Of a DNA stretch of 64,000 nt, positions 11,701 to 19,358 are shown one piece after another. The notes under the pieces are model-generated. The model was not told the DNA's origin. It did not search any database and saw only the letters and a list, made by a program, of their open reading frames with translations. The position numbers were made by a program, and so were the translations under genes. Positions within the stretch are counted from its first letter, which is position 1. Every line of letters begins with the position of its first letter. Origin of the DNA: a virus; IMG/VR virus record IMGVR_UViG_3300042485_001470, positions 1-64,000 of that record. One strand, written 5' to 3'.

Positions 11701-14700
11701 CACAATTGATTAAGAACACTACCAATTTAGTTAAGGTAACAAACTCTACACAATATATTGGACCGGCTGCAGTTTCTGCATCTAAAGTTAATAGTATTAC
11801 TGGAAGTTTTGATACTATTATAAGAATATTGGAAAATGGATTGGGTAGTTCTCCTGTAATTTTAAACAATAATAATGCAAATATAAAAGTTACGGGTACT
11901 ACTAACTATGTATCATCATCATACAATGGTACACAAACACAAGCATCATTTATATCAGCATCTATTTCGATAGTTACTAATATAATTGCAAATGGAAGTG
12001 GCAGTTTACCAACTATAACTCTCTATACATCATCATTATCATCATCCGCTGTTTTAGATGCGTATAACATATTAAAGAATCATATACCATTTATTCAGGA
12101 TGAAACTATTGCTTACTTAAGTTCTTCTTGGAGTACGGCATCTTATGATGAACAAAAATGTAGACGTGATGTTGGATTGATTATAAGCGGTGCAGCTGAA
12201 GACCTTTTATGGAATTCTAATTCATCATCAATAGTGAATGGTAAGTTCTACTATGAGTATCCATCACAAGCACAGGGTGCACAATTGAATCAAACATTAG
12301 ATGGTGTAATTTACGCAAGTAGATTGGCACAAAAAATAGTATTGAATACACAATTTGCTTTACCAACATCTCAATCCAATTTGGCTTATGATTTGTTAGT
12401 ACAAAACAAGCAACTTATTCAAAATGAAACTATTGCTTACATTAGTTCTTCTTGGAGTACACATCAATATAATGAGATAACTTGTAAAAGAGATGTAGGA
12501 TATATTTTAGATGCGGTGGCAACTGATATTAAGTGGGGTGGTAACGAAAGAAGTGTAAAAGCTGGGCAATTCTACTACCTATACCCATCTGCAGCAACTG
12601 GTTCTCAAATAGAAGAAACTGTAACTGGTATAACTTACGCAAAGAATCTATCTGATAGAATCCTAAGACGATTAATATTACAATCAGTTTCTCAAAATAA
12701 ATTACAAGCTAAGCAACTTATTTTCAATAACAAAGAATTTATACAAAACGAAGTTATTGAGTATGTATCAGCTAGTTGGAACGGATTCCTATACAATGAA
12801 GATACTTGTAAGAGAGATGTAGGATTCATTTTAGATGCAGTGGTAACTGATGTGGTCTATGGTGGAAATGAGAGAGCCTTAGAAGCTGGAAGATATTATT
12901 ACCTATATCCATCTGAAGCAACTACAACTCAATTAGGTCCAACCCTGAGCGGTATTAGACATGCAAAGGGAATGGTTGAAGAAGTATTGAATAATTCAGT
13001 ATTTGTAACCGCATCTAATTCAGCACAAACGGCTTACAATTTATTATTAGACAACAAACAATTAATACAAAACGAAACAATCGCATTTGTAAGTTCTTCT
13101 TGGAGTATGTTCAATTACAACGAAGCAAGTTGTAGTAGAGATACTGGATACATTGTAGATGCAGTAGCAACTGATATTCTTTATGGTGGAAACGAAAGAG
13201 TAAGAGAAGCGGGTGAGTATTATTACTTATATCCATCGTTGGCAACGGTTGATGGTGATGGAGATGCGGCTGGGCAATTAGGACAAACTTTAGATGGTGT
13301 AAACTACGCTAAAGGAATTTCTAAAAAGATAGTATCAAACATCTTATTACAATCAGCAAGTATTTCTGAATTAACTGGTTGGAGTTTATTAAGACAAAAT
13401 AAACCATTAATTCAAAAAGAAACTATTGCTTATTTAAGTTCATCTTGGACTGGAGTTGATGGTTTCTATTATAACGAAGCAAGTTGTAGTAGAGATGTTG
13501 CTTACATCATTGATAATGTAGCAACTGATTTATTATATGGTGGAAACGAAAGAAGTTCTAAAGCTGGAGAATACTATTTCTTATATCCTTCAAAAGCAAC
13601 GGTTGGTGGAGTACCATCGATTAATGCACAATTGGAACAAACTGTACAAGGTATTAGATTTGCAGCAGGAACTGCACAAAATGTGTTATCAAATACATTA
13701 TTAGAACAACCTACGCAATTCGTATCATCTTCAGTAAGTTTATTGAGAAGTAATAGAGGATTTATCCAAAATGAAACTATACAATATATAGATGCATTCT
13801 TCCCTAGCTTAGTTTACAATAGAGAAAAATGTAGAAGGGATGTTGGATACATTATTGATAACGTATCTACTGATTTATGGTATGGTGGAAATGAGAGAAG
13901 TATTATAGCTGGTGATTACTATTATCGTTACCCATCTTTAGCAACTAAGCAAGAGCAAGTAAGAGAAACTGTAGCTGGTGTTGAATACGCAAAAGCAGTA
14001 TCAAAAGCAATTGTACAAAATGTATTATTACAAACTCCATCTTTGGTTTCAAATACTGATGGTAATATTAAAGTAGGTAATGTAGCACAAATAACATCAT
14101 CGTTATCAGCTACAAATACTCAAATATCAAATATTAGTTCATCTTTCTCAACCGTAACAAAAATTATTGAAGGTGGTTTGGGTGTGTTACCAACTATTGT
14201 TTCTAATAACGAAGGTTTAATAAAAGTAACAAACGAAACACAAATAACATCATCAATATCAGCATCATCTGCTGAAGTTGGTGTTGTAACAGCATCATTT
14301 GGATTGATTAGAGATATAATCTATTGGGGTTCTGCTTCATTACCGGATTCATTAGCTAATAACTTCCAATATGGATTTAATAATAGTGTACCAACATTAT
14401 TGCGTATTTCTTCATTCACTCAAACATTAGGAAGTGGTGAATATAATGCACAAACTTCAAGCGTAAGTTCTTCATTTGGTAATGTGATTAATGTTATCAA
14501 CAACGGAACGGCTTCATTACCAACATTAGAAGCTAATACATCGGCAAGTGTAAGTGTAAGTGGTATTACTACATTCAAATCAACAACATCTGGTTCTGAA
14601 TATCAAAAAAGTAGAATTGGAAACTTATTTGGTGTTGTTATGAATATAGTTGAGAGTGGTAAAAGTTCTATACCTGTATTATTATCAAATACATCAGCTA

Positions 14701-17700
14701 GTATTAAAGTAACAAATACTCCACAAATTATTAGTGGTAGTGGTAGTGATAGATTGCAAGCAAGATTAGTATCATCATCATTTGGTATTGTAATAGATTC
14801 ATTATTAAATAATGGTACTAGCTCAATTGCTTATGTTGGACCAACTGGAATTAATACAAATGCAAAAATAACATCTGCATATAATTTGTTATTAAATAAC
14901 CAACAAATGATTATAGATGAAACTATAACTTATATGAGTTCGTCTTGGAGTGGATTTAATTACACTCAATCATTATGTGAAAGAGATTTAGGATTGATTA
15001 TTAGTGGAGCAGCATTTGATTTATTGTGGGGTGGTAATTCGGCATCATTAGTAAATGGTAAATATTACTTTGAATCAGCATCACAAGCTACTGGTTCACA
15101 ATTAGACCAAACAATTACAGCAATTAGATATGCTGGTGGAATTATTGAAAAGGTTGTTAGAAATACACCATTGGTACATATTTCAGCATCATTACAAACA
15201 TCAGCATCTTATACATCATTAATTAAGAACAAAGGATTCATACAATCTGAATCAATTGCTTATGTGAGTTCTTCTTGGGAAGGATTTATGTATGATGAAA
15301 TTAAATGTGCTAGAGATATTGGTTATATTGTAGATGCGGTAGCAACCGATTTACTATATGGTGGAAATGAGAGAAGTATTGTAGCTGGAAGATATTATTA
15401 TGACTTCCCATCACAAGCTACTTCAACTCAATTAGAACCTACATTGACTGGTGTAAGATACGCTAAAGGAACGGCAATGAATGTTGTTGTTAATAAACAA
15501 TTCTTCTCACCAAACTCAAATAACCAAACTGCTTATAACTTAATCAAAGATAATAAGGAGTTCATTCAGGAAGAAACTGTAGCATTTGTAAACGCTAAAT
15601 ACCCTGAATTGGATTACATCGAATCTAAGTGTAGGAGAGATGTAGGATTTATTGTAGATGCGGTAGCAACTGACCTTCTTTATGGTGGAAATGAAAGAAG
15701 TAACAAAGCTGGTGAGTTCTATTACTTATATCCATCTTTAGCAACTGAAAATGAGCAAGTAGTTGAAACAACAACTGCGGTTGATTATGCTAGAAGATTA
15801 ACACAAAATATTATTAATAGTGTAGTAATACCTACACCACAAATAATATCTAATACTCAAAATAGTATTAAGGTAACAAATACACCTCAATATTTGAGTT
15901 CATCATTTAGTGGTAGTGTATATGAAGCATCATTGGTATCAGCATCAATTTCAATTGTAACAAATATTGTAGCAAATGGTATTGGTGTAGCAGGAAGTCC
16001 TGTAAATTATACAACACCATCAACTGCATCAAACGTTTGGTACGCTTACAACTTATTAAAAGAGAATATCGGATTCATCCAAAACGAAACTATTGCATAC
16101 ATTAGTTCTTCTTGGAGTACGGCATCTTATGATGAGGCTAAATGTAAGAGAGATGTTGGTTTAATTATTAGTGGTGCGGCTGAAGATATGTTATTTGGTG
16201 TAGATTCTGCATCGATTGTAAATGGTAAGTTCTATTTCGAATCAGCATCACAAGCAACTGGTGACCAATTAAATTATACATTGGATGGATTGTTTTACGC
16301 AAGTAGATTAGCACAAAAAGTGGTTAGAAACGTAGAATTTGTGACAGCATCTTTATTAGTATCTGCATCTTACGCATTGATGAGAAATAATAAATTATTT
16401 ATCCAATCGGAATCCGTAGAATATGTTGATTCTTCTTGGGTTGGATTGGATTATAATAAAGAAAAGTGTAGAAGGGATGTTGGTCATTTAATTGATGCAG
16501 TTTCAACTGACCTTTTATATGGTGGAAACGAAAGAAGTGCGATAGCTGGGGAATACTATTTCAAATACCCATCAGAAGCTACAACGGGTTCTCAATTAGA
16601 CCCAACGGTAGATGCTATTGATTACGCAAGTGGTTTAGCAACTAAAGTAATTCAAAGTTTAACATTTGTAACCGCTTCTCAAATAGTATCGGCATCGGTT
16701 GGATTGTTGAGAGGAAATAGAAACTTCATACAGGAAGAAACAATGGCATACTTAACTGCTAGTTGGAGTACTTTTGATTATGATAAAGTAAAATGTAGAA
16801 GGGATGTTGGATACATCATTGATGGTGTAGCAACTGATTTACTATATGGTGGAAACGAAAGAAGTGTAATGAGTGGTGAGTTCTATTATAGATACCCATC
16901 AAAGGCAATACTATTGGGTGATGGTGATGGAGCTGGACAATTAAAACAAACTGTTGATGGTATAAACTACGCAAGTAGAGTAGCACAAAAAGTTGTTAAG
17001 AATATTGAATTCATAACCGCATCATTACAAGCTTCAGCATCATTTGATTTATTGAGAAAAAATAAATCATTTATAGCAGCGGAAACAATAGCTTATGTAT
17101 CTTCATCTTGGAGTACTGTTTATTATAATCAAGCTTCTTGTTCTCGTGATGTTGGATACCTAATAGATGCAGCAGCAACTGATGTACTTTATGGTGGTAA
17201 AGAAAGAAGCGTAATAGCAGGAAACTTCTATTATCTATTCCCATCTAAAGCAACAAATGCTGGAGTACCTTCTGAACAAAATCAATTAGACCCTACAATT
17301 ACTGGTGTACGATATGCTGGAAGATTGGCAACTAAAGTTGTAGTAAATCCAAAATTTGTAGAAGCTTCTGGTTCTGCAATTGGTGGTAGTAAGTTACTAC
17401 AATTAAATAAATCTTTAATTCAAAAAGAAACTATAACATTCTTAAGTTCTTCTTGGAGTACTTTACAATACAACGAAGCAAGTTGTTCTCGTGACGTAGG
17501 ATTTATTATAGATGCGGTTAGAACTGACTTAGTTTATGGTGGTAATGAAAGAAGTATTGAAGCAGGTTCATACTACTACAAAATTCCTTCGGTAGCAATT
17601 AAAGAATCTTATACTGATAACGGTGGTGTTGGACAGAAAAAACAAACTGTTGATGGTGTAAACTACGCAGGAGGTATATCTGAAAAGATTGTAGCACAAA

Positions 17701-18341
17701 AACAATTGTTAAGACCTGGTACCAAACGAATTGAAGCTACTAATAGATTAAGAGGAGCTAAAGAGGAATTAAAACAAAGAGCAATTGGATACACAAACGG
17801 AGCATTCCCTTACTTAGTTTATAACGAAGCAAGTTGTTCTCGTGATACCGGATTAATTGTGGATGCTTGTTGTACTGATTTATTCTATGGTGGAAACGAA
17901 AGAGCAATCGCAGCAGCATCATCATATTATACAGGACAATACGGAAATGCAGATGAGGTAATATTTAAACAAAGACTAGAAACTCTTGAAACTAATAGAT
18001 ATTTAAGAACTAGAGCAGAGTTTATAGCAGCTGGAGCACCTGTTGAATCATTTGGTTCTCTAATTGTGGCAACTGGTATTGACTACTCTTATAATGGTAG
18101 TGGTGTGACATTTAAAGCACTTCCTCCAAATCAGGGTGGTAGTGGTGTTGCTAATCCAGCATTTGAAATTACCGAATTGGGTGGTGGTAGAATCTTCTTT
18201 ACCTCTGGTAACCAAGATGGTGACTTTAGAATTGGTACTGGTTTAAGTATTAATCAGGCAACTGGTACTCTTGTGGGTAGAACATTTAGTAAATCTCTAT
18301 TCTCATTAGTAACTCCGTTCTCATTGGCACTACAAATATAA
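5787..18341 (+). CDS. Giant virion protein (4184 aa): N-terminal pectate-lyase-like beta-helix, degenerate cupredoxin-like domain, 22 C-x-R-D helical repeats
   Basis: LYVSSTDGDDTNDG...PLRTIKRA...IKVQAGTYLE..P beta-helix start; repeat consensus YNE.KC.RDVGYIIDAV.TDLLYGGNERS..AG.YYY.YPS. Confidence 0.8.
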   Translation: MARLIPRKQIEEQQNISSSFSVGQDLTVGRDVVISGSLFVSQSFFMGNDTGSRNELTGSVFLTGSLTIDGDLFVGAPDTVLSIKASGSLISDDTQRYAGILAKDFGANLPTLYVSSTDGDDTNDGRTIQYPLRTIKRAAQLASPGYDGRYGFDTGSVSNGYVIKVQAGTYLEDNPVILPSNTTIWGAGLRITKINAKNPTEDLFHVNSGCYIAEVTMGGLRLFPDQINPEKGFAVAFQPGAFITTSPYTQNCSQISNQENSFTELYEEIPPGGGGLYVNGDVIHPDSPLASMVLDAYTQISPNGVGCLVNGRGFIQLVSFFTNFSYYAIRVNNGGHATLNNSNISFGLYGMYASGSRFISGSGGNIDARNRVRGSWSVVVDVLNRGLSALPEITTLNTAEGIRATSLSQYPQLYLSGSEISLTPTTQNIEEVQSDFKLVSAIVENGTSDFPTLLARSSNKGYGFESPYNILGAEQITSSIASASAEILTDISESFGAILSIFANGTGSFNFVSNTKNAIKATQLEPTAIGMSVSNSITASVSSSFETVISIISSGLTAVPKVTSSNEAAIKVSGVEQFTTGLSSSLQTTNSVSASFSIIYNILDKGTGSVILPIPQNHQKNYTITNNNSSSYQWQGVGSNPTITLYRGETYKFYVSASSVFGGINYPFFIRTKPVSGISEQFDYDKGVVNNGDSVGNITFTVPYDAPNELYYVAQNTDNMAGKFHIINNSATPFDLISNTLTYPQTISGSTESTSNIDKLNAYELLIGNKSFIEEETIQFVSSSWSDFEYVESTCRRDIGFLIDAVANDLIYGGNNNSITAGRFYYEYPSTATTTQKDPTKTAVKYAAGMVQKILKGVTFVEPNNERDAVATAIQANREFIQTETITFLSSSWSNFYYNEAKCKRDVGYILDAVATDARYGGNERSVQAGQFYYLYPSLAVVDGDGDSEGQLGQTLDGVRFAAGNTNNIVAGITHQTASLNVRESYRLLRENKELIQNETIQFINVAYPQLKYNQDKCKRDVGYIIDAISTDLLYGGIERSVTAGKYYYEYPSQATKTQKVETSGGIRYAKIISDFIVQNIVLETPRIITNDEKLIKVVSGSSNITSSFSGTINEQNSISSSFAIIEGIIKRGTAAVPSILAQNSDLNWSVGLPLSVTGQTQITNSFVSPTEVEKLGNGFDVVTSILQNNGAEPVLTSSVEGQIKVTNNEQITGSLSNSYTSSISASFGYVVEIISGGLSKLDTIVSNASASIKVTTTPQWTSGVVGTNSQTASISSSFGSIINVIVSGTAALPTLVQNTNTNRKVTSTPQFISASYSGSLEDIAFVSQSISKVTQIVETGNVDLFAKTNYSATIAARVGVYEILKQNIPFIQNETIAYLSSSWAGFQYDEVKCKRDIGLIVSGAAEDLLFGANSASIVNGQFYYEFPSLATIGNDGDTGGQLNQTLDGINYASRLAQKVITQGITFSLPSTEVSASNALLFNNKEFIQNETIAYLSSSWSGFDYNETTCKRDVGYIIDAVRTDLVYGGNERSRQAGLYYFLYPSQATGSQLLQTTDGIKYASQISQKIISGSIFQSADSDKLEVSRLMRLNKGLIADEVVEYVSSSWSQVSYNEAKCKRDVGYIIDAVRTDLVYGGNERTSNAGEFYYRFPSSATVGGEPSATQQLDPTVTGVEYANRLAQNIVQNKVLVNPSTEVLAAAQLVRTNRTFLQQNVIQFISQNYPNLDYIVSKCFRDVGFITDGAVTDLVYGGNERSINSGRFYFKFASKATGDQLVETVAGINFAKDLAKLVAIGGKAVEDGYDNVSKIIASGSSSAPTLITNTENAIRKTVEQQFTSSQSVQSSDRQLVSASFANVITIISNGTGSIPTIVESSNRGILVTSGSYQITSSITPSTIDINKVVSGFDIVTNIIENGTGSLPTLVKNTQNNIKRTDSIQFTSTASISNTIISSSNTAFDNVLLIVSEGTGSTPQLIKNTTNLVKVTNSTQYIGPAAVSASKVNSITGSFDTIIRILENGLGSSPVILNNNNANIKVTGTTNYVSSSYNGTQTQASFISASISIVTNIIANGSGSLPTITLYTSSLSSSAVLDAYNILKNHIPFIQDETIAYLSSSWSTASYDEQKCRRDVGLIISGAAEDLLWNSNSSSIVNGKFYYEYPSQAQGAQLNQTLDGVIYASRLAQKIVLNTQFALPTSQSNLAYDLLVQNKQLIQNETIAYISSSWSTHQYNEITCKRDVGYILDAVATDIKWGGNERSVKAGQFYYLYPSAATGSQIEETVTGITYAKNLSDRILRRLILQSVSQNKLQAKQLIFNNKEFIQNEVIEYVSASWNGFLYNEDTCKRDVGFILDAVVTDVVYGGNERALEAGRYYYLYPSEATTTQLGPTLSGIRHAKGMVEEVLNNSVFVTASNSAQTAYNLLLDNKQLIQNETIAFVSSSWSMFNYNEASCSRDTGYIVDAVATDILYGGNERVREAGEYYYLYPSLATVDGDGDAAGQLGQTLDGVNYAKGISKKIVSNILLQSASISELTGWSLLRQNKPLIQKETIAYLSSSWTGVDGFYYNEASCSRDVAYIIDNVATDLLYGGNERSSKAGEYYFLYPSKATVGGVPSINAQLEQTVQGIRFAAGTAQNVLSNTLLEQPTQFVSSSVSLLRSNRGFIQNETIQYIDAFFPSLVYNREKCRRDVGYIIDNVSTDLWYGGNERSIIAGDYYYRYPSLATKQEQVRETVAGVEYAKAVSKAIVQNVLLQTPSLVSNTDGNIKVGNVAQITSSLSATNTQISNISSSFSTVTKIIEGGLGVLPTIVSNNEGLIKVTNETQITSSISASSAEVGVVTASFGLIRDIIYWGSASLPDSLANNFQYGFNNSVPTLLRISSFTQTLGSGEYNAQTSSVSSSFGNVINVINNGTASLPTLEANTSASVSVSGITTFKSTTSGSEYQKSRIGNLFGVVMNIVESGKSSIPVLLSNTSASIKVTNTPQIISGSGSDRLQARLVSSSFGIVIDSLLNNGTSSIAYVGPTGINTNAKITSAYNLLLNNQQMIIDETITYMSSSWSGFNYTQSLCERDLGLIISGAAFDLLWGGNSASLVNGKYYFESASQATGSQLDQTITAIRYAGGIIEKVVRNTPLVHISASLQTSASYTSLIKNKGFIQSESIAYVSSSWEGFMYDEIKCARDIGYIVDAVATDLLYGGNERSIVAGRYYYDFPSQATSTQLEPTLTGVRYAKGTAMNVVVNKQFFSPNSNNQTAYNLIKDNKEFIQEETVAFVNAKYPELDYIESKCRRDVGFIVDAVATDLLYGGNERSNKAGEFYYLYPSLATENEQVVETTTAVDYARRLTQNIINSVVIPTPQIISNTQNSIKVTNTPQYLSSSFSGSVYEASLVSASISIVTNIVANGIGVAGSPVNYTTPSTASNVWYAYNLLKENIGFIQNETIAYISSSWSTASYDEAKCKRDVGLIISGAAEDMLFGVDSASIVNGKFYFESASQATGDQLNYTLDGLFYASRLAQKVVRNVEFVTASLLVSASYALMRNNKLFIQSESVEYVDSSWVGLDYNKEKCRRDVGHLIDAVSTDLLYGGNERSAIAGEYYFKYPSEATTGSQLDPTVDAIDYASGLATKVIQSLTFVTASQIVSASVGLLRGNRNFIQEETMAYLTASWSTFDYDKVKCRRDVGYIIDGVATDLLYGGNERSVMSGEFYYRYPSKAILLGDGDGAGQLKQTVDGINYASRVAQKVVKNIEFITASLQASASFDLLRKNKSFIAAETIAYVSSSWSTVYYNQASCSRDVGYLIDAAATDVLYGGKERSVIAGNFYYLFPSKATNAGVPSEQNQLDPTITGVRYAGRLATKVVVNPKFVEASGSAIGGSKLLQLNKSLIQKETITFLSSSWSTLQYNEASCSRDVGFIIDAVRTDLVYGGNERSIEAGSYYYKIPSVAIKESYTDNGGVGQKKQTVDGVNYAGGISEKIVAQKQLLRPGTKRIEATNRLRGAKEELKQRAIGYTNGAFPYLVYNEASCSRDTGLIVDACCTDLFYGGNERAIAAASSYYTGQYGNADEVIFKQRLETLETNRYLRTRAEFIAAGAPVESFGSLIVATGIDYSYNGSGVTFKALPPNQGGSGVANPAFEITELGGGRIFFTSGNQDGDFRIGTGLSINQATGTLVGRTFSKSLFSLVTPFSLALQI
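8060..18030 (+). repeat. Array of 22 ~100-110 aa C-x-R-D repeats in five clusters (3,4,6,3,6) separated by a second S/T-rich repeat type
   Basis: Counted by eye in the translation; spacer consensus IKVT.T.Q..S...SSSF..V..II.NG..SLP.LV.N. Confidence 0.85.
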
Positions 18342-18367
18342 AAAAAGAAAATAAAAGATAAAATAAA

Positions 18368-19291
18368 ATGGCAGAAGTTTTTGTACCACTAAATCGATTC
18401 CAGTCAGTTGTAACAAATCTGACTGGTGAAGAAGATGAAATATATATAACACCTTTAGGTGTATCATCAATTGTGCTATCAGCTCAAATTACAAATAATA
18501 GTTTGGTTACACAACCTGTAACTATTTTTGTAACATCAAATAGAGAATTACCTGTACCATCATTTGAAGGTCTTTATATTGGTTCTTCTTTTTATACTGG
18601 TTCTACATCTTTAGAAAATTTTAGTGGAAGTTTTGATAGCGCATCTGCACTTCTTACTTTGAATAGACAATTTATTCGTAAAGAAGTGGCAGCATACACA
18701 TCATTTCAAAATAATTTGCAAGAAACTCCATTTACTTTTGTATCTTCTCGTTTTGAAGATTATGCATTAGGAGCAACTGATGCAGTTGCATACGATATAG
18801 CAAATTCAAAAACAATTAGAACGGATAAAGAGGCTAAAAATTATTTTTCAAAAAATGGTGTTAATACTATTAAAACTTTTTACGATGAAGAATATTCATC
18901 ATCTTTATTTGCTTTAGATTATATCGGAAAATTAGCAGGACAAATTATAAAAAATCAATCAGTAACAGGTTCATCTGAAATTGGTAGATTATATCAAACA
19001 GCAGTAACTCAATCATTTAATTCAACGCTTGCTATAAGCGGTTCTGCATGGAGTGGTTCTAATTTTGTTATAACGGAATTATTGGGTGTTATAAGAGATA
19101 CAATAGAAAATCCTAATTTGGTAGCACAACCACCCATAAAATTGGTAACAAATGTAACTATACCATCTGCTGACTCACTTTCACCTGTTGTAAGTGGTAA
19201 ATTGGTGTTAGAAGAAGGATATGGATTCATTGTATCGGGTTCAACTGACTTAAGTGTGATTCTTTCTTTACTTGAAAGTGCAAATGAATAA
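18368..19291 (+). CDS. Virion accessory protein: small beta domain (as in 32343..32675) split by an insert containing a Cys-less copy of the repeat
   Basis: IYITPLGVSSIVLSAQITN...KLVLEEG...SVILSLLE flanking LLTLNRQFIRKEVAAY...DAVAYDI. Confidence 0.6.
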   Translation: MAEVFVPLNRFQSVVTNLTGEEDEIYITPLGVSSIVLSAQITNNSLVTQPVTIFVTSNRELPVPSFEGLYIGSSFYTGSTSLENFSGSFDSASALLTLNRQFIRKEVAAYTSFQNNLQETPFTFVSSRFEDYALGATDAVAYDIANSKTIRTDKEAKNYFSKNGVNTIKTFYDEEYSSSLFALDYIGKLAGQIIKNQSVTGSSEIGRLYQTAVTQSFNSTLAISGSAWSGSNFVITELLGVIRDTIENPNLVAQPPIKLVTNVTIPSADSLSPVVSGKLVLEEGYGFIVSGSTDLSVILSLLESANE

Positions 19292-19310
19292 CGATATTAT
19301 CATTGGGTAA

Positions 19311-19338
19311 TATTTATAAGGGATTCATTATATTTATA
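19311..19338 (+). promoter_or_regulatory. Two tandem TATTTATA motifs (19311, 19331)
   Basis: Upstream of ATG 19359. Confidence 0.6.
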
Positions 19339-19358
19339 AAAAAGCTGGAAAGTAACGA

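Noticed and set aside
5787-18341. Cyanophage assignment based on phycobiliprotein-like repeats
   Set aside because: Promoters, signal peptide and start-codon context point to Bacteroidota and no photosynthesis genes are present; host remains an inference
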